This document shows positions 44,488 through 57,500 of a stretch of DNA of 64,000 nt, in pieces. The stretch lies in contig OZ024745.1 in the NCBI GenBank assembly GCA_964016885.1, positions 13,826,001 through 13,890,000 on the forward strand. Direction: 5' to 3'. The notes beneath the pieces were generated by a model. That model searched no databases and was not told where the DNA came from. It saw only the letters and a program-made list of their open reading frames with translations. The stretch is from Eledone cirrhosa (taxonomy: Eukaryota). The number at the start of each line of letters is the position of its first letter. The stretch's first letter is position 1. The position numbers and the translations under genes were made by a program.

Positions 44488-44521
<34 letters not shown>

Positions 44522-45245
44522 TCGTTTAACGTCTATCTTCCACGCTAATATATATATATATATATAAGACTGGCTTGAATTCTAAACCAGAGCTTAGAAG
44601 GACCATCACCAATGCTTAAAAACAATATAGATGATTACTATCAATTAATAATCACATATAACTGCATTGTCTTTTTTGTCTTGTTGATAACCTGTTTGTA
44701 TTTCTTAGAACCAACTTCATCTTTACTAACATTTGGAGGATGTGTTACAAGCAATTTCCTTCATGGAATGCATAGGTAAGAAGTTTCTACCTTCACATTT
44801 GTTTATATTCAATTTATGAAAACCTTTCTAAACCTGAGTTTGAAACCATTAAAACAGACACATTATTCCCTAAATACCTGTAGATAAGGTATATACTTGT
44901 GTATAAGTCACACCTGTAGATAAGGTATATACTTGTGTATAAGTCACACCTATAGATAAGGTATATACCCATATATATGTCACACTAGTAAAGGTATATA
45001 CTTGTGTACAAGACACACCTGTAGATAATGTATATACTCATGTTTAAGTCACACCGTTAGATGAGGTATATACCCATGTATAAGTCACACCTGTAGATAA
45101 GGTATATACCCATGTATAAGTCACACCTGTAGATAAGGTATATAGTCATGTATAAGTCAAACCTGTAGGTATGTTGCATCCTCATTTTACATACAACATT
45201 CTTATCACACTTATACATAAAAATATATATATATAGTACTTATAC

Positions 45246-45290
<45 letters not shown>

Positions 45291-48200
45291 CTATACATGA
45301 ATATATATATAGTACTTATACATGAATATATATATAGTACTTATACATGAATATGTATAGTACTTATACATGAATATACATATATAGTACTTATACATGA
45401 ATATATATATATAGTACTTATACATGAATATACATATATAGTACTTATACATGAATATATATATAGTACTTATACATGAATATGTATAGTACTTATACAT
45501 GAATATATATATATAGTACTTATATATATATATATAGTACTTATACATGAATATATAGTGAAGAGTTTAGCGTAAAAGTCGGCGTCCATCAGGGCTCTGT
45601 TCTCAGTCCACTACTATTTATTATTGCCCTTCAGGCTATAACAGAGGAGTTCAAGACAGGCTGCCCATGGGAACTCCTATACGCAGACGACCTGACACTC
45701 ATAGCGGAATCAATGGCCGAGCTAGAGAAGAAATTCCAAACATGGAAGCACGGCCTAGAGTCAAAAGGACTTAAAATTAACCTGGCTAAGACCAAAGTAC
45801 TAGTTTGTAGGAAAGAAAACAAGGCGGCGGTCCCTTCGGGGAAATGGTCGTGCTCGGTGTGTAGGAAAGGCGTAGGTAGAAACTCCATTTTATGTCCTAA
45901 ATGCAAAGTATGGGTGCATAAAAGATGTAGTGGGATCACAGGTAAGCTAACTAAGAACATAGATTTTACATGTGGCCGGTGCTCTGGTGCAATAAGTAGC
46001 AGCAAGTGCCCACAAACTACTAGCTCTTTCAATTGCGCAGAGGGTTCTATAGAAATAGTGGACAGCTTCCGTTACCTGGGCGATAAAATCAGCAGTGGGG
46101 GAGGGTGCTCTGAAAGTACTGTAGCTAGAGTCAGAACTGGTTGGAAAAAGTTCAGAGAGCTTATACCACTATTAGCTGCTAAAGGGTTCTCACTAAAAAT
46201 GAAAGGCAGGTTGTACGATGCCTGCATACGAACAGCAATGCTGCATGGCAGTGAGACCTGGGCATTGTGTGCAGAGGATATACGCAGACTAGAGAGGAAC
46301 GAAGCTTGCATGCTCCGCTGGATGTGTAACAGTAATATACGTGAACGGCAAAGCATAAACGAACTAAGGAATAAATTAGAGATAAGAGGGATCAGATGTT
46401 GTTTACTCGAGAGAAGGCTACGTTGGTATGGACACGTGATGCGCATGAAAGTCGATAGCTGTATAACAAAGTGCAGGGCAATAAAGATAGACGGTAGTCA
46501 CGGAATAGGCAGACCTAGAAAAACCTGGGACGAGCTGATAAACTCCGACATCACACACTTACACCTCTCCAAGACAATGTCACTGGACCGAGACCTTTGG
46601 CGGTACTCAGTAACAGAGAAGACCCGCCTTACCTAAATATATAGTAAAACCTACTCCAGCCAGTAGGCATCTCTAACAAAATACACCCCGTCCCACCACC
46701 CCCACCCCCACCCGATCCACACCACCCCGTTCTATGTAAAGTTATGTTGGTGCCGCGCCATCGAGGCCGAAACAAATGAGATCGTGTAGGTGTCACGACA
46801 AAAAAACACACAGTCCACGCTGTAATGTGGCCGTGTAGGCAACACGGTAAAAACCTCCCAGACCCACACTGTAAATGTGGTTGGTGTTAGGAAGGGCATC
46901 CAACTGTAGAAAACCTGCCAGACAGTCCTATGCGAGCAAGACAATCACTCTTGCCTCAAGTGGGACTACCCCCGTCCAAACCCATGCAAGCGTGGAACAC
47001 GGACGTTAAACGTTGATGATGATGATGATGATGATGATATATAGTACTTATACATGAATATATATAGTACTTATACATGAATATATATATAGTACTTATA
47101 CATGAATATATATATATATAGTGCTTATACATGAATATATATATAGTACAGTGAAGGCGTATGGCTGAGTGGTTAGAGAACTGGATTCGCAATCGTGAGA
47201 TTGTGAGTTCGATTCCTGGACCGGGCGATGTGTTACGTCCTTGAGCAAGACACTTTATTTCACGTTGCTCCTTCTACCTGGAGTTGCGACCGATAGATAG
47301 TATTAGCAATTGGAAAGACCAATGGAAACACTGTTTCCTCGGTCCGATTTGATGAAAGTCGATCGTTAGGAATCGTTAGGATATATAGTACTTATACATG
47401 AATATATATAGTACTTATACATGAATGTATATAGTACTTATAGTTGAATATATATAGTACTTTATTTCTTATGTGTGTTTTATAGTTTGGCCATGTAGAT
47501 TGTCTAAGATATAACTCAGTGATTCCCCTCCTATTTTCCAGGTGTTACTGTGAAAAAGAACGAGGAATAGCCAAACATCGACTTATATCAAACCATATGG
47601 AAAAAGTATCAGTTTCTGAAGATCAGCCTGTCCAAGTAAGTAAATTACTGAGAGTTTTTCATTGGAATATATTGGGTATCATCAACATCATCACCATTTA
47701 ATGTCCATTTCTCCACACTAGCATGGATTAATAAGAAACTGTAAACTTCTATTTTGCCCCACAACCATTTTGATTTTATAAAGATAACATTGATAATGTT
47801 TTCTGAGTACCAGTAACGCACTGGGGTTCAATTTAATCAACTTTTCCTTCCCCCAAATTATTGGCTTTGTGCCAAACGTAGAAACAATTATGTGTATGTC
47901 TATTAATGTGTGTGTGTATGTGTGTCTGTGTGTGCATGCGTGTGTGTCTGTGTTTTTACAATGTATTGTTGAGCTGTATCTACCCCATTCCTATTAGATG
48001 GTTTAAGTATTCCAAGTTTATACCTGCACATACACACATACATGCATATACATGCACATATACACACACCTGCATTCTTGTGTTATATTTCTAAGTATTC
48101 CAAACTAATACCTGCGCACACACACACTCACACATTCACACATCTGTCTTCTAATTCTATACTGTTTCTAAGTTTGTGACATTTTGCTAAAATACTAATC

Positions 48201-51099
48201 CTAATTGCATGTTTACCTATTTTATGAAAATATAGGCCCTATTGATGTACTATCCCCTGATTCCATCTTCAGGAAACATTTTTCAGTTACCAAATTATTT
48301 TTCAGTTCAGTTATACAGATAATGGTCAAGATATTCTTACCAGCTTCCTGCAGTACACTCTTGAAAACTTTGTATTTTTTATCAAACAATTAATTGTTAC
48401 CATTCCGGTTTGTAATTCCATTTTATGTCCTAAGGCTTGGTTTTTCTCAAATTTAATGAGTTTTATCTTATCTTTTAATTTCTGTCTATTTGGGATGTTT
48501 ATTTTCATATTTGAGGGTTTGAAATTCTATCTGGAATATTTTATTCTGTTTATCTGCTTTTTTAAAAAAAAATCTTTTCCTTTATTTTGGCCTGATTAAT
48601 GGTGTTTTAGTCTAATATTGGTGTTCTTTTTCTTCTTCTTCTTCTTCTACTTATTCCTGGGAGGATTTCAGGGGACAGAGTCCTCTTACACTCCTTTCAA
48701 CAGGTCCTGTCAGAAGCAACCATATCCAATTTATCTGGCTGGATCCCCAAGCAGGACCAACCAGCCAAGCTCATGGATGTTATTCAACCATCTACCTCTG
48801 GGTCTCTAGCCCTTTGGTTTTGCCCATAAAATCTGTCTCGTGATTCTAACCACATGATGTTTATTAAGAAAATATTCTCTTCTCCACTGTGATATCTTAT
48901 TTTCTCAACTGACACAATAGTCATGAGAACCAAGATATAAAATAAAATTATTTATAGAGAATGTTTTTATATAAAGTTCTTATGTTTTACTTGTATATAG
49001 GCTGAGAAATATGTGACAATATTTACCATGTATACTTGTATATAAGCTGTTAAATATAGGACAAAAAAATTGATGGTAAAATGGAGGTTAACTAATATTT
49101 GAGGTCAATATTTTGCTGATTTTCACCAACTTCAAATTCTCTGTAAATGAGGTGCTACAATATTTTCACTCTCAAAGTGAATATTACACTGGTTTCACTT
49201 TGGTTGCAAAATTATTTGTATTTTCTATTGTTTTTTTATATTTTGAATGAATATGGCCTTCAAAATAGTTGGAAATTGGTAAAATATCATTACCTAATGG
49301 TGTTCTGAAACAAAAACCATACTCTAAATGACACTTTAAGTATTTTAAATATTAACTATCAAAATATTAAAACTCATCGATATATTCTCCACTCATGAGA
49401 ATTTCAAAACATATTGTGTTGATTATCTGCCTCGGCTTATAAACAAGGTTGGGGGTTTTACTTATTTCTCAGACATAAAATGGGGAATCAACTTATATTT
49501 GGGTATATATGGTATATTTATTATACACTGGTATAGAACCCTATATGATATGAATTTTTACCCATTTCTCAGACATAAAATAGAGGGGTCAGCTTATATT
49601 CGTATCAGCTTATATTTGAGTATATACAGTACATCCACTATAGTGTGGTATAAAACCTTATATGATATTCAGTTCTTTACTTCAACTATTCAAAATATGT
49701 AGCATTTGTGATTAAATATAACATATAGCATTTACGATTAAATATAACATGTAGCATTTACGATTAAATATAACGTGTCTATGATTAAATATAACATGTA
49801 GCGTTTATGATTAAAAATAACACGTAACATTTATGATTAAATATAACACGTAGTGTTTATGCTTAAATATAACACGTAGCATTTATAATTAAATATAACA
49901 TGTAGTGTTTATGATTAAATATAACATGTAGTGTTTATGATTAAATATAACAATTGTGTTTCTATTTTATATTCTTAATTTTTCATTTGAAACAGATTTT
50001 GAAATTAATTTCCTCTTCCTGAAGTTTATGTCTGTTTTTTAATGTTTAACCTTTGTTACCATATTTCTTGTGAAAGACACTAATAATATGCTTTTAAAAA
50101 AATACTGAAAATAACCAAGAATTTGGAGAATTTGATAGTATAACTAACATTCTCATTAATAAGATAGTCTTTGAAACAGCATAACCCTTTAGCATTTACA
50201 TTATTCTATATTTACTATTGTATTTTCATTGTAAAGGCTTTATCTCACATAATATTGAATCTACGAGATTTTGATATTTATTTTGAGAACAATACCTTAA
50301 CATCAGTATGAGTGGCCGGTTACAGCTGGTTGGAACAGAAAGAAGTGAGAGAATTCTGGCCGGATATGGCCGGTTTAAATGCTAAAGAGTTAACCAATTT
50401 TCTTACATAAATTTATGATGGAAGGCTTTTTAGATAAATATAAACACTTTACAACAAACAGTTTAGTATCAGAGAACAAGGGCCAGTTTCAGGCAGTTTG
50501 GTATCAAATGGGTTAAACACCAACAAATTTCTTCAATAAATTCTTCCTTAACTTATAACATCCTGTAATGGTTTAACAGTAAATATCTAAAAAATGGATT
50601 TGTTAATTCAAATGTTTCTAACACATTTTCTATTGGACAGATCATTATGAAAATGCGAAATATTAGAGTAAGGACTTTAATATTTAATGAAATGACATCA
50701 TAGTTCTGTTGAAAATTTACACTGTTTAAATGTACAAAATATCTAGATATATAACAGCAAGTCGGTCTGTGTGTGTGTGTGTGTGTGTCTGTCTGTGTAC
50801 AAATACTAGGCTCCTTTTAACTTTTGAAGTACTAGGCCGATTTCAACCAAATTTGGCACACATATAGCTTATATGAAAAAATTGGATATTGGGGCCGAAA
50901 AATCGATTGTTTTTGTACAAGCTACCCCATGAATTGTTTTTATGTTGCTGTTTATTTCACTCAATCATGTCACTGTACACCCATTTTGTTAAACTTTTTT
51001 TTACAATTACATTTCAATTCTTTGCTCAACCTTTGGCTCTCTTTATACGGACAAACAGGCTGTCATTCATTTCCCGAGCAACGCCGGGTACATCTGCTA

Positions 51100-51139
<40 letters not shown>

Positions 51140-54100
51140 CGTAGTTAAGAAAGCCACAACAATGCAGAGGGAAATCTCGAGGTAGGAAGTGAAAGATAGA
51201 TAGGAAAAACAGGTGAAAGTGAAAATTGAGAGAGACAAAGATGAAAACAAAACAAAGGTAGAAGGGTTACCGTAGTGGAGATTTAATCCCAATATTTCGG
51301 GCTCACGCCCATCAACGGGGCAAAGTTCCAAAAGGGGGGGAACAGGCCAAGCGGAGAAAGTTGTGATGTCGTTAAGACAGGAATGCCGTTATGGGGAGAA
51401 AATTATTTAAAATTTAAACGAGGGAAAGAATGCGCGTGCGCGTGATAGGCTGTGGCAAAAGCTACTGACCAAATGGGTTAAATCAAGAGGGTGTGCTAGC
51501 GTGTGAAAGCCGTAAGATATGTGTGTGTAAATATATATGTGTGTGTAACTGTGTGTGTATAAGTGTAAGTGTGTATATGCGTGAGTGTGTGTGTGTGTGA
51601 AAGATAGTGGGCTGTAGAAGCTGGAAATCAAAGGGTGTGAAAGGTGGTAGGTTGTAAGACATGTGTGCGTGTATAAATATAGATGTGTGTGTGTAAGCGT
51701 ATGGGTATACATGTGTGTGTAACTGTGTGTGTATGTGTGAGTGCGTTTGTGTGTGAAAGATAGTGGGCTGTAGAAGCTGGAAATCAAAGGGTGTGAAAGG
51801 TGGTAGGTTGTAAAAACATGTGTGCGTGTATAAATATAGATGTGTGTATGTATGCGTATGGGTATGCATATACGTGCGTGTGTGTGAAGATAGCAGGCCG
51901 TAGGCTGTGAATGGTCACTATGGTTAAGTTAGCCATGTCAGCTCATTTCTCTCAGCCCGGTTGTTAAGTGGGGGTCTGAGGTTCTTAATAACAAGTGCTT
52001 CCTTTATCCTTAAGGATCCGATGCTGCGTTCAGTCGCTAGGACTGTGACCAAGGGTCTACCCTGTGGGTTTCCGCATTTAAGGATGTGTTTACGGAAGGA
52101 AGATGCGTTGGTGTTGATATGTTCCTTGATACGAACATGTAGGGGTCGGATGGTGCTACCTATGTAAAACTTGTTACATTTATCGCATTGAATCTTATAT
52201 ACGACATAGGTGCGTAGGCAATTTGCCCCCCGTATCGGGCAGTTGCTGAGGGAACACGTCCCATCTGACTCGTCGGGTTTGTTGGAGAGGCATCTTCGCA
52301 GCGAAGGTCCTGTGTGGGCCAAATGTATGTCAAGTCCCTCCGTCCGTATGGCCCTGCGGATGGCGTTCGTGGTATATTCACTCAGGTGGGGGATTTTAAA
52401 GAAGCACCTGCTATTATTTAATATTCTAGTGGGTGTCTGTCTATTGGGTCGGGGGTCTCTAATTCCGTTAATCAGTCGCTTGGGATAACCATTAGATCTG
52501 AGTAGATTACGGAATTGCGTGGTATGGGTGAGACCACCCATCGGGTCACTGCATCTGTTAGTGATCCGTGTCAATTCATTAAGGACATAGCCTCTCTTAG
52601 CGTTGTTGGGGAGGGCTTAAAATCCCCCACCTGAGTGAATATACCACGAACGCCATCCGCAGGGCCATACGGACGGAGGGACTTGACATACATTTGGCCC
52701 ACACAGGACCTTCGCTGCGAAGATGCCTCTCCAACAAACCCGACGAGTCAGATGGGACGTGTTCCCTCAGCAACTGCCCGATACGGGGGGCAAATTGCCT
52801 ACGCACCTATGTCGTATATAAGATTCAATGCGATAAATGTAACAAGTTTTACATAGGTAGCACCATCCGACCCCTACATGTTCGTATCAAGGAACATATC
52901 AACACCAACGCATCTTCCTTCCGTAAACACATCCTTAAATGCGGAAACCCACAGGGTAGACCCTTGGTCACAGTCCCAGCGACTGAACGCAGCATCGGAT
53001 CCTTAAGGATAAAGGAAGCACTTGTTATTAAGAACCTCAGACCCCCACTTAACAACCGGGCTGAGAGAAATGAGCTGACATGGCTAACTTAACCATAGTG
53101 ACCATTCACAGCCTACGGCCTGCTATCTTCACACACACGCACGTATATGCATACCCATACGCATACATACACACATCTATATTTATACACGCACACATGT
53201 TTTTACAACCTACCACTTTTCACACCCTTTGATTTCCAGCTTCTACAGCCCACTATCTTTCACACACAAACGCACTCACACATATACACACACATGTATA
53301 CCCATACGCTTACACACACACATCTATATTTATACACGCACACATGTCTTACAACCTACCACCTTTCACACCCTTTGATTTCCAGCTTCTACAGCCCACT
53401 ATCTTTCACACACACACACACTCACACATATACACACTTACACTTATACACACACAGTTACACACACATATATATTTACACACACATATCTTACGGCTTT
53501 CACACGCTAGCGCACCCTCTTGATTTAACCCATTTGGTCAGTAGCTTTTGCCACAGCCTATCACGCGCACGCGCATTCTTTCCCTCGTTTAAATTTTAAA
53601 TAATTTTCTCCCCATAACGGCATTCCTGTCTTAACGACATCACAACTTTCTCCGCTTGGCCTGTTCCCCCCCTTTTGGAACTTTGCCCCGTTGATGGGCG
53701 TGAGCCCGAAATATTGGGATTAAATCTCCACTACGGTAACCCTTCTACCTTTGTTTTGTTTTCATCTTTGTCTCTCTCAATTTTCACTTTCACCTGTTTT
53801 TCCTATCTATCTTTCACTTCCTACCTCGAGATTTCCCTCTGCATTGTTGTGGCTTTCTTAACTACGTATTTTACACATTTCACAATGCTTCAAGCAAACT
53901 TTAACACCCTCTTATATATATATATATATATACATACACACACAACAGTATGTCATTGACTGATGAGAGAAAAGAGTGGTCAATACCAAAGTAGAGTTTA
54001 AATATTCATTTATGGCCAAGTAGTGAGTCTTGTTACCTTTGAGTTTCAAATGCGTACTCTCAGGAACATCAGACAATATGTCATCCACCTTTGTCTCCTC

Positions 54101-54496
54101 CTCATCACCTTCATCATTATAATTTTGCATTGATTTTTCCAATGCATATGGTAAATTGTATTAAGTGGTTGCTTAGAGTCTGGAGAATAATATTTATTAC
54201 CAAGTAGATCCTATTACATCTATGTTTTGTGTTGTGATTTATTTTATCTAGAAGGAAATTGTGAACAAAGTTTCCAGTCTACCAGACCGATATCACACTT
54301 CTCAAGGATCCACAAATATAACACATCCCACAACATTAGCAATATCATCACAACCAACTGATGAATGGGACATCATTACATCTACTTCTGAAGGAGACCA
54401 TGATATTTCCATAGAAACCAGGTAATTATGATGAGAAACTATACAAGTTTCGGGTATGAAATTGGTGTGTATATGTTGTGGCCATGTTTTTAATGG

Positions 54497-54529
<33 letters not shown>

Positions 54530-57500
54530 TATTTTACATCTGTTTTTTCCATGTTGGCATGAGTTGGAGGGGTTCTCACAGTCCAAGACAAAACAGATTT
54601 GAGAAGTATGTCTTGGTTTCTACAGCTGGATGCCCTTACTAAGGTCAACCCACTTTTCAGAGTGTACTAGATGTATTCTACTGTGGTACCAACATTACCA
54701 CTTTACAGAGTGTACTAGATGTATTCTACTGTGGTACCAGCATTACCACTTTACAGAGTGTACAGGGTGTATGTTACTGTGGCACCAACACTACCACTTT
54801 ACAGAGTGTACTGGGTGTATGTTACTGTGGCACCAGCATTACCACTTTACAGTGTACAGGGTGTATGTTACTGTGGCACCAATACTACCACTTCACAGTG
54901 TACAGGGTGTATGTTACTGTGGCACCAATACTACCACTTCACAGTGTACAGGGTGTATGTTACTGTGGCACCAATACTACCACTTTACAGAGTGTACAGG
55001 GTGTACTGTAGTGTGTAAGGATGTCTGTTCATGGTGTGGAAAAGTGTTTTAGGAATTGTATGTAGATCTACCTGTGTCTGGTTTATCTCTGGTGTAGTGT
55101 GGTATATATATATATGTTTGTATGTCTGTATATGTCTGTGTGTCTATCTGTATATGTGTCTGTGTGTTGTGTTTATCTCTGGAGATAGTGTGGTATGTGT
55201 GTGTCTGTATCTGGGTGTAGTGTGGTATATACATATATATGTGTGTGTGTATATATCTATATGTCTATGTGTTTATCTCTGGGGATGGTGTGGTAAGTAT
55301 ATATAAGTCTGCATGTGTGTCTGTCTCAGGATGTAGTTGTGGTATATATGTGTATGTTTAACGAAGGGTATGAATAAGTAAGAAATAGTTAGATGTTGGA
55401 TGAGGTAACATAGTTATTAGATGAAATAACAAGTATAATAAGAATAGGTGTAATAACGAGAATATAAAGAATAAATGATTTGGTTTATATATAGTTTACT
55501 TCACGTGAATCAATTAAAAAGTACATATAAAACAGTTACCAAGAGTTGTTAATGTTGTTATTGTTGTTGATGTGAAAACAGCGAGCAAACAGATAATGTT
55601 GTTGTTGTTGGAGTCCGTGGTAATAGTTGAGGCCATAGTGAGTGAGAGAGGGTAATGGTTTGTATACCTCTGTTATGGTCTGAAATTGGTTGTAGACGAC
55701 TGTGGCTTGTACATGGTCTGTAGTAGTAGGGCTCCAATCTCTCTCTGTGTATCTGTAGACCTCATGGGGTCTGTTGATAGTCGTGAATCTTTCACATAGC
55801 TTGTTCTGTAGTGGGGTGCTCCGATGTCTATTTCTGTAGACCACTGGGGTCTGTTGATAGCAGTGAATCCTTACATAGTTAGTTGCTAGCGTAATGCTCC
55901 GATGTCTCTGGCTAAAGTAGGATGGTACAGGCTCTATATATAGCTGTCACTTCCTGTCTCCCACCTTGACGGGATAGCCAATGCATCAACCTGTTTACAC
56001 CAAAAGGGTGTTGACCTAGAATTTGACCTTTAGGTGTCACCCAAGGTTCAAGGCGCAGACAGATTTCGCTACATATGTATATCTATATACGTATGTATGT
56101 GTCTGTTAGTAATTGTAGTGGGTATATGTGTATGTATATCTGTATGTGTGTGTTATGTGTTTATCTGTGGAGGTAGTATGGTACACATATATGTGTGTGT
56201 ATATCTATATGTGTCTGTGTGAGTCTCTGATTGTTGGGTGGTATATATGTGTATGTATATCTATATATGTGTCACTGGTTGTCTCTCTTGACTCTCTCAT
56301 CTCTCTTATCTACCTTGTAGTTATGAAAGTACTTCCCTTTATTCAACATGCAGTGAACATTCTGATGAGATGCTCTGTGCTCTTTGCCAACACCCTAACA
56401 AAGATGCCACAGCTCCTGATGGTAGAATATTGTCTTCTATTATACTTTAATTATTGAATTAAAATTTGAAAATATGCGACTCCCAAATGGAGAAACTAAC
56501 TGAAATAACTATCACTATAAATAATAGTTTAGAAAATTGGGTAAATTACCCTAGAGACAGAAAAAAGAGAATAAAGCACCTATGGTGTCCATTTTCTTTT
56601 TTGTCTCTAAGGGTAATCTACCTATTTTTCTCAACTATTATCATTATTAATCAATTGTTATTTGTACCTGGCACAACAGATCTTCTCTTCCTTGTGATAC
56701 AGCTGTTGGAGAAGTACCTAGCTAAGAGTAGGCCATTATATTTTAAATTTTAGTATTTGAAACAGCTGCAAGAGAAGTACCTAGCTAACAATAAGCCACT
56801 GTATTTATATTTGTTTAGTATTTGAAGATCTCTAATGGCTTCAAATGAATCAGTGCTCTATATTAATACCTTTGTTAAAAAATGAAAGCCTACGCTGCTG
56901 CAGGTTTTTTTTAGCGGTAAATATTTTCTCACTTTACTAAATGAATAAAACACTGAAACATTTATTTTATTCTATTATGACCACTAGTATATAAGAGCTC
57001 TTATAGACAACATTTTGAATTCCTCTGTTATGTCCTGGAGGGCTATATTGAACAGTAAAGGGATGAGGACACAGCCTTGGTAGATTCCTACATACACACT
57101 ATACTATAGTAATCAACAGTTATTTTATCAGTTTAGGACGCTCACATTTTCAATTTTCAAAGGATTATTAAGTTGAATTAAAAAGATCTTTCTAAATACG
57201 TTATCCCAGAAGTTGGAAACATTTGAGAAAGGCAGACCAGATTAGAAATGTTTCTTTTTTTCTGCCTTCTGGACAAATAAGAAGTAAAAGCTTGATCATA
57301 CAAAGATATGAAGCAAACAAACTGAGTATTCCACTGACACGTATATCCTTAACATAATTCTGGAATCAGTGTTTCACAAGGTTGAACTTTTGAATTACCT
57401 GTCCTGTGCATTATTAAAAAGGCTTCCACACAATTTCTGTCTACCCAATTTCACCCATAAATCTTGATTCCACCCAAGTCTATAGTAAAAGACATTTGCT

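Noticed and set aside
47152-47225. tRNA gene
   Set aside because: Continues directly into a SINE body; no clean acceptor stem or terminator.
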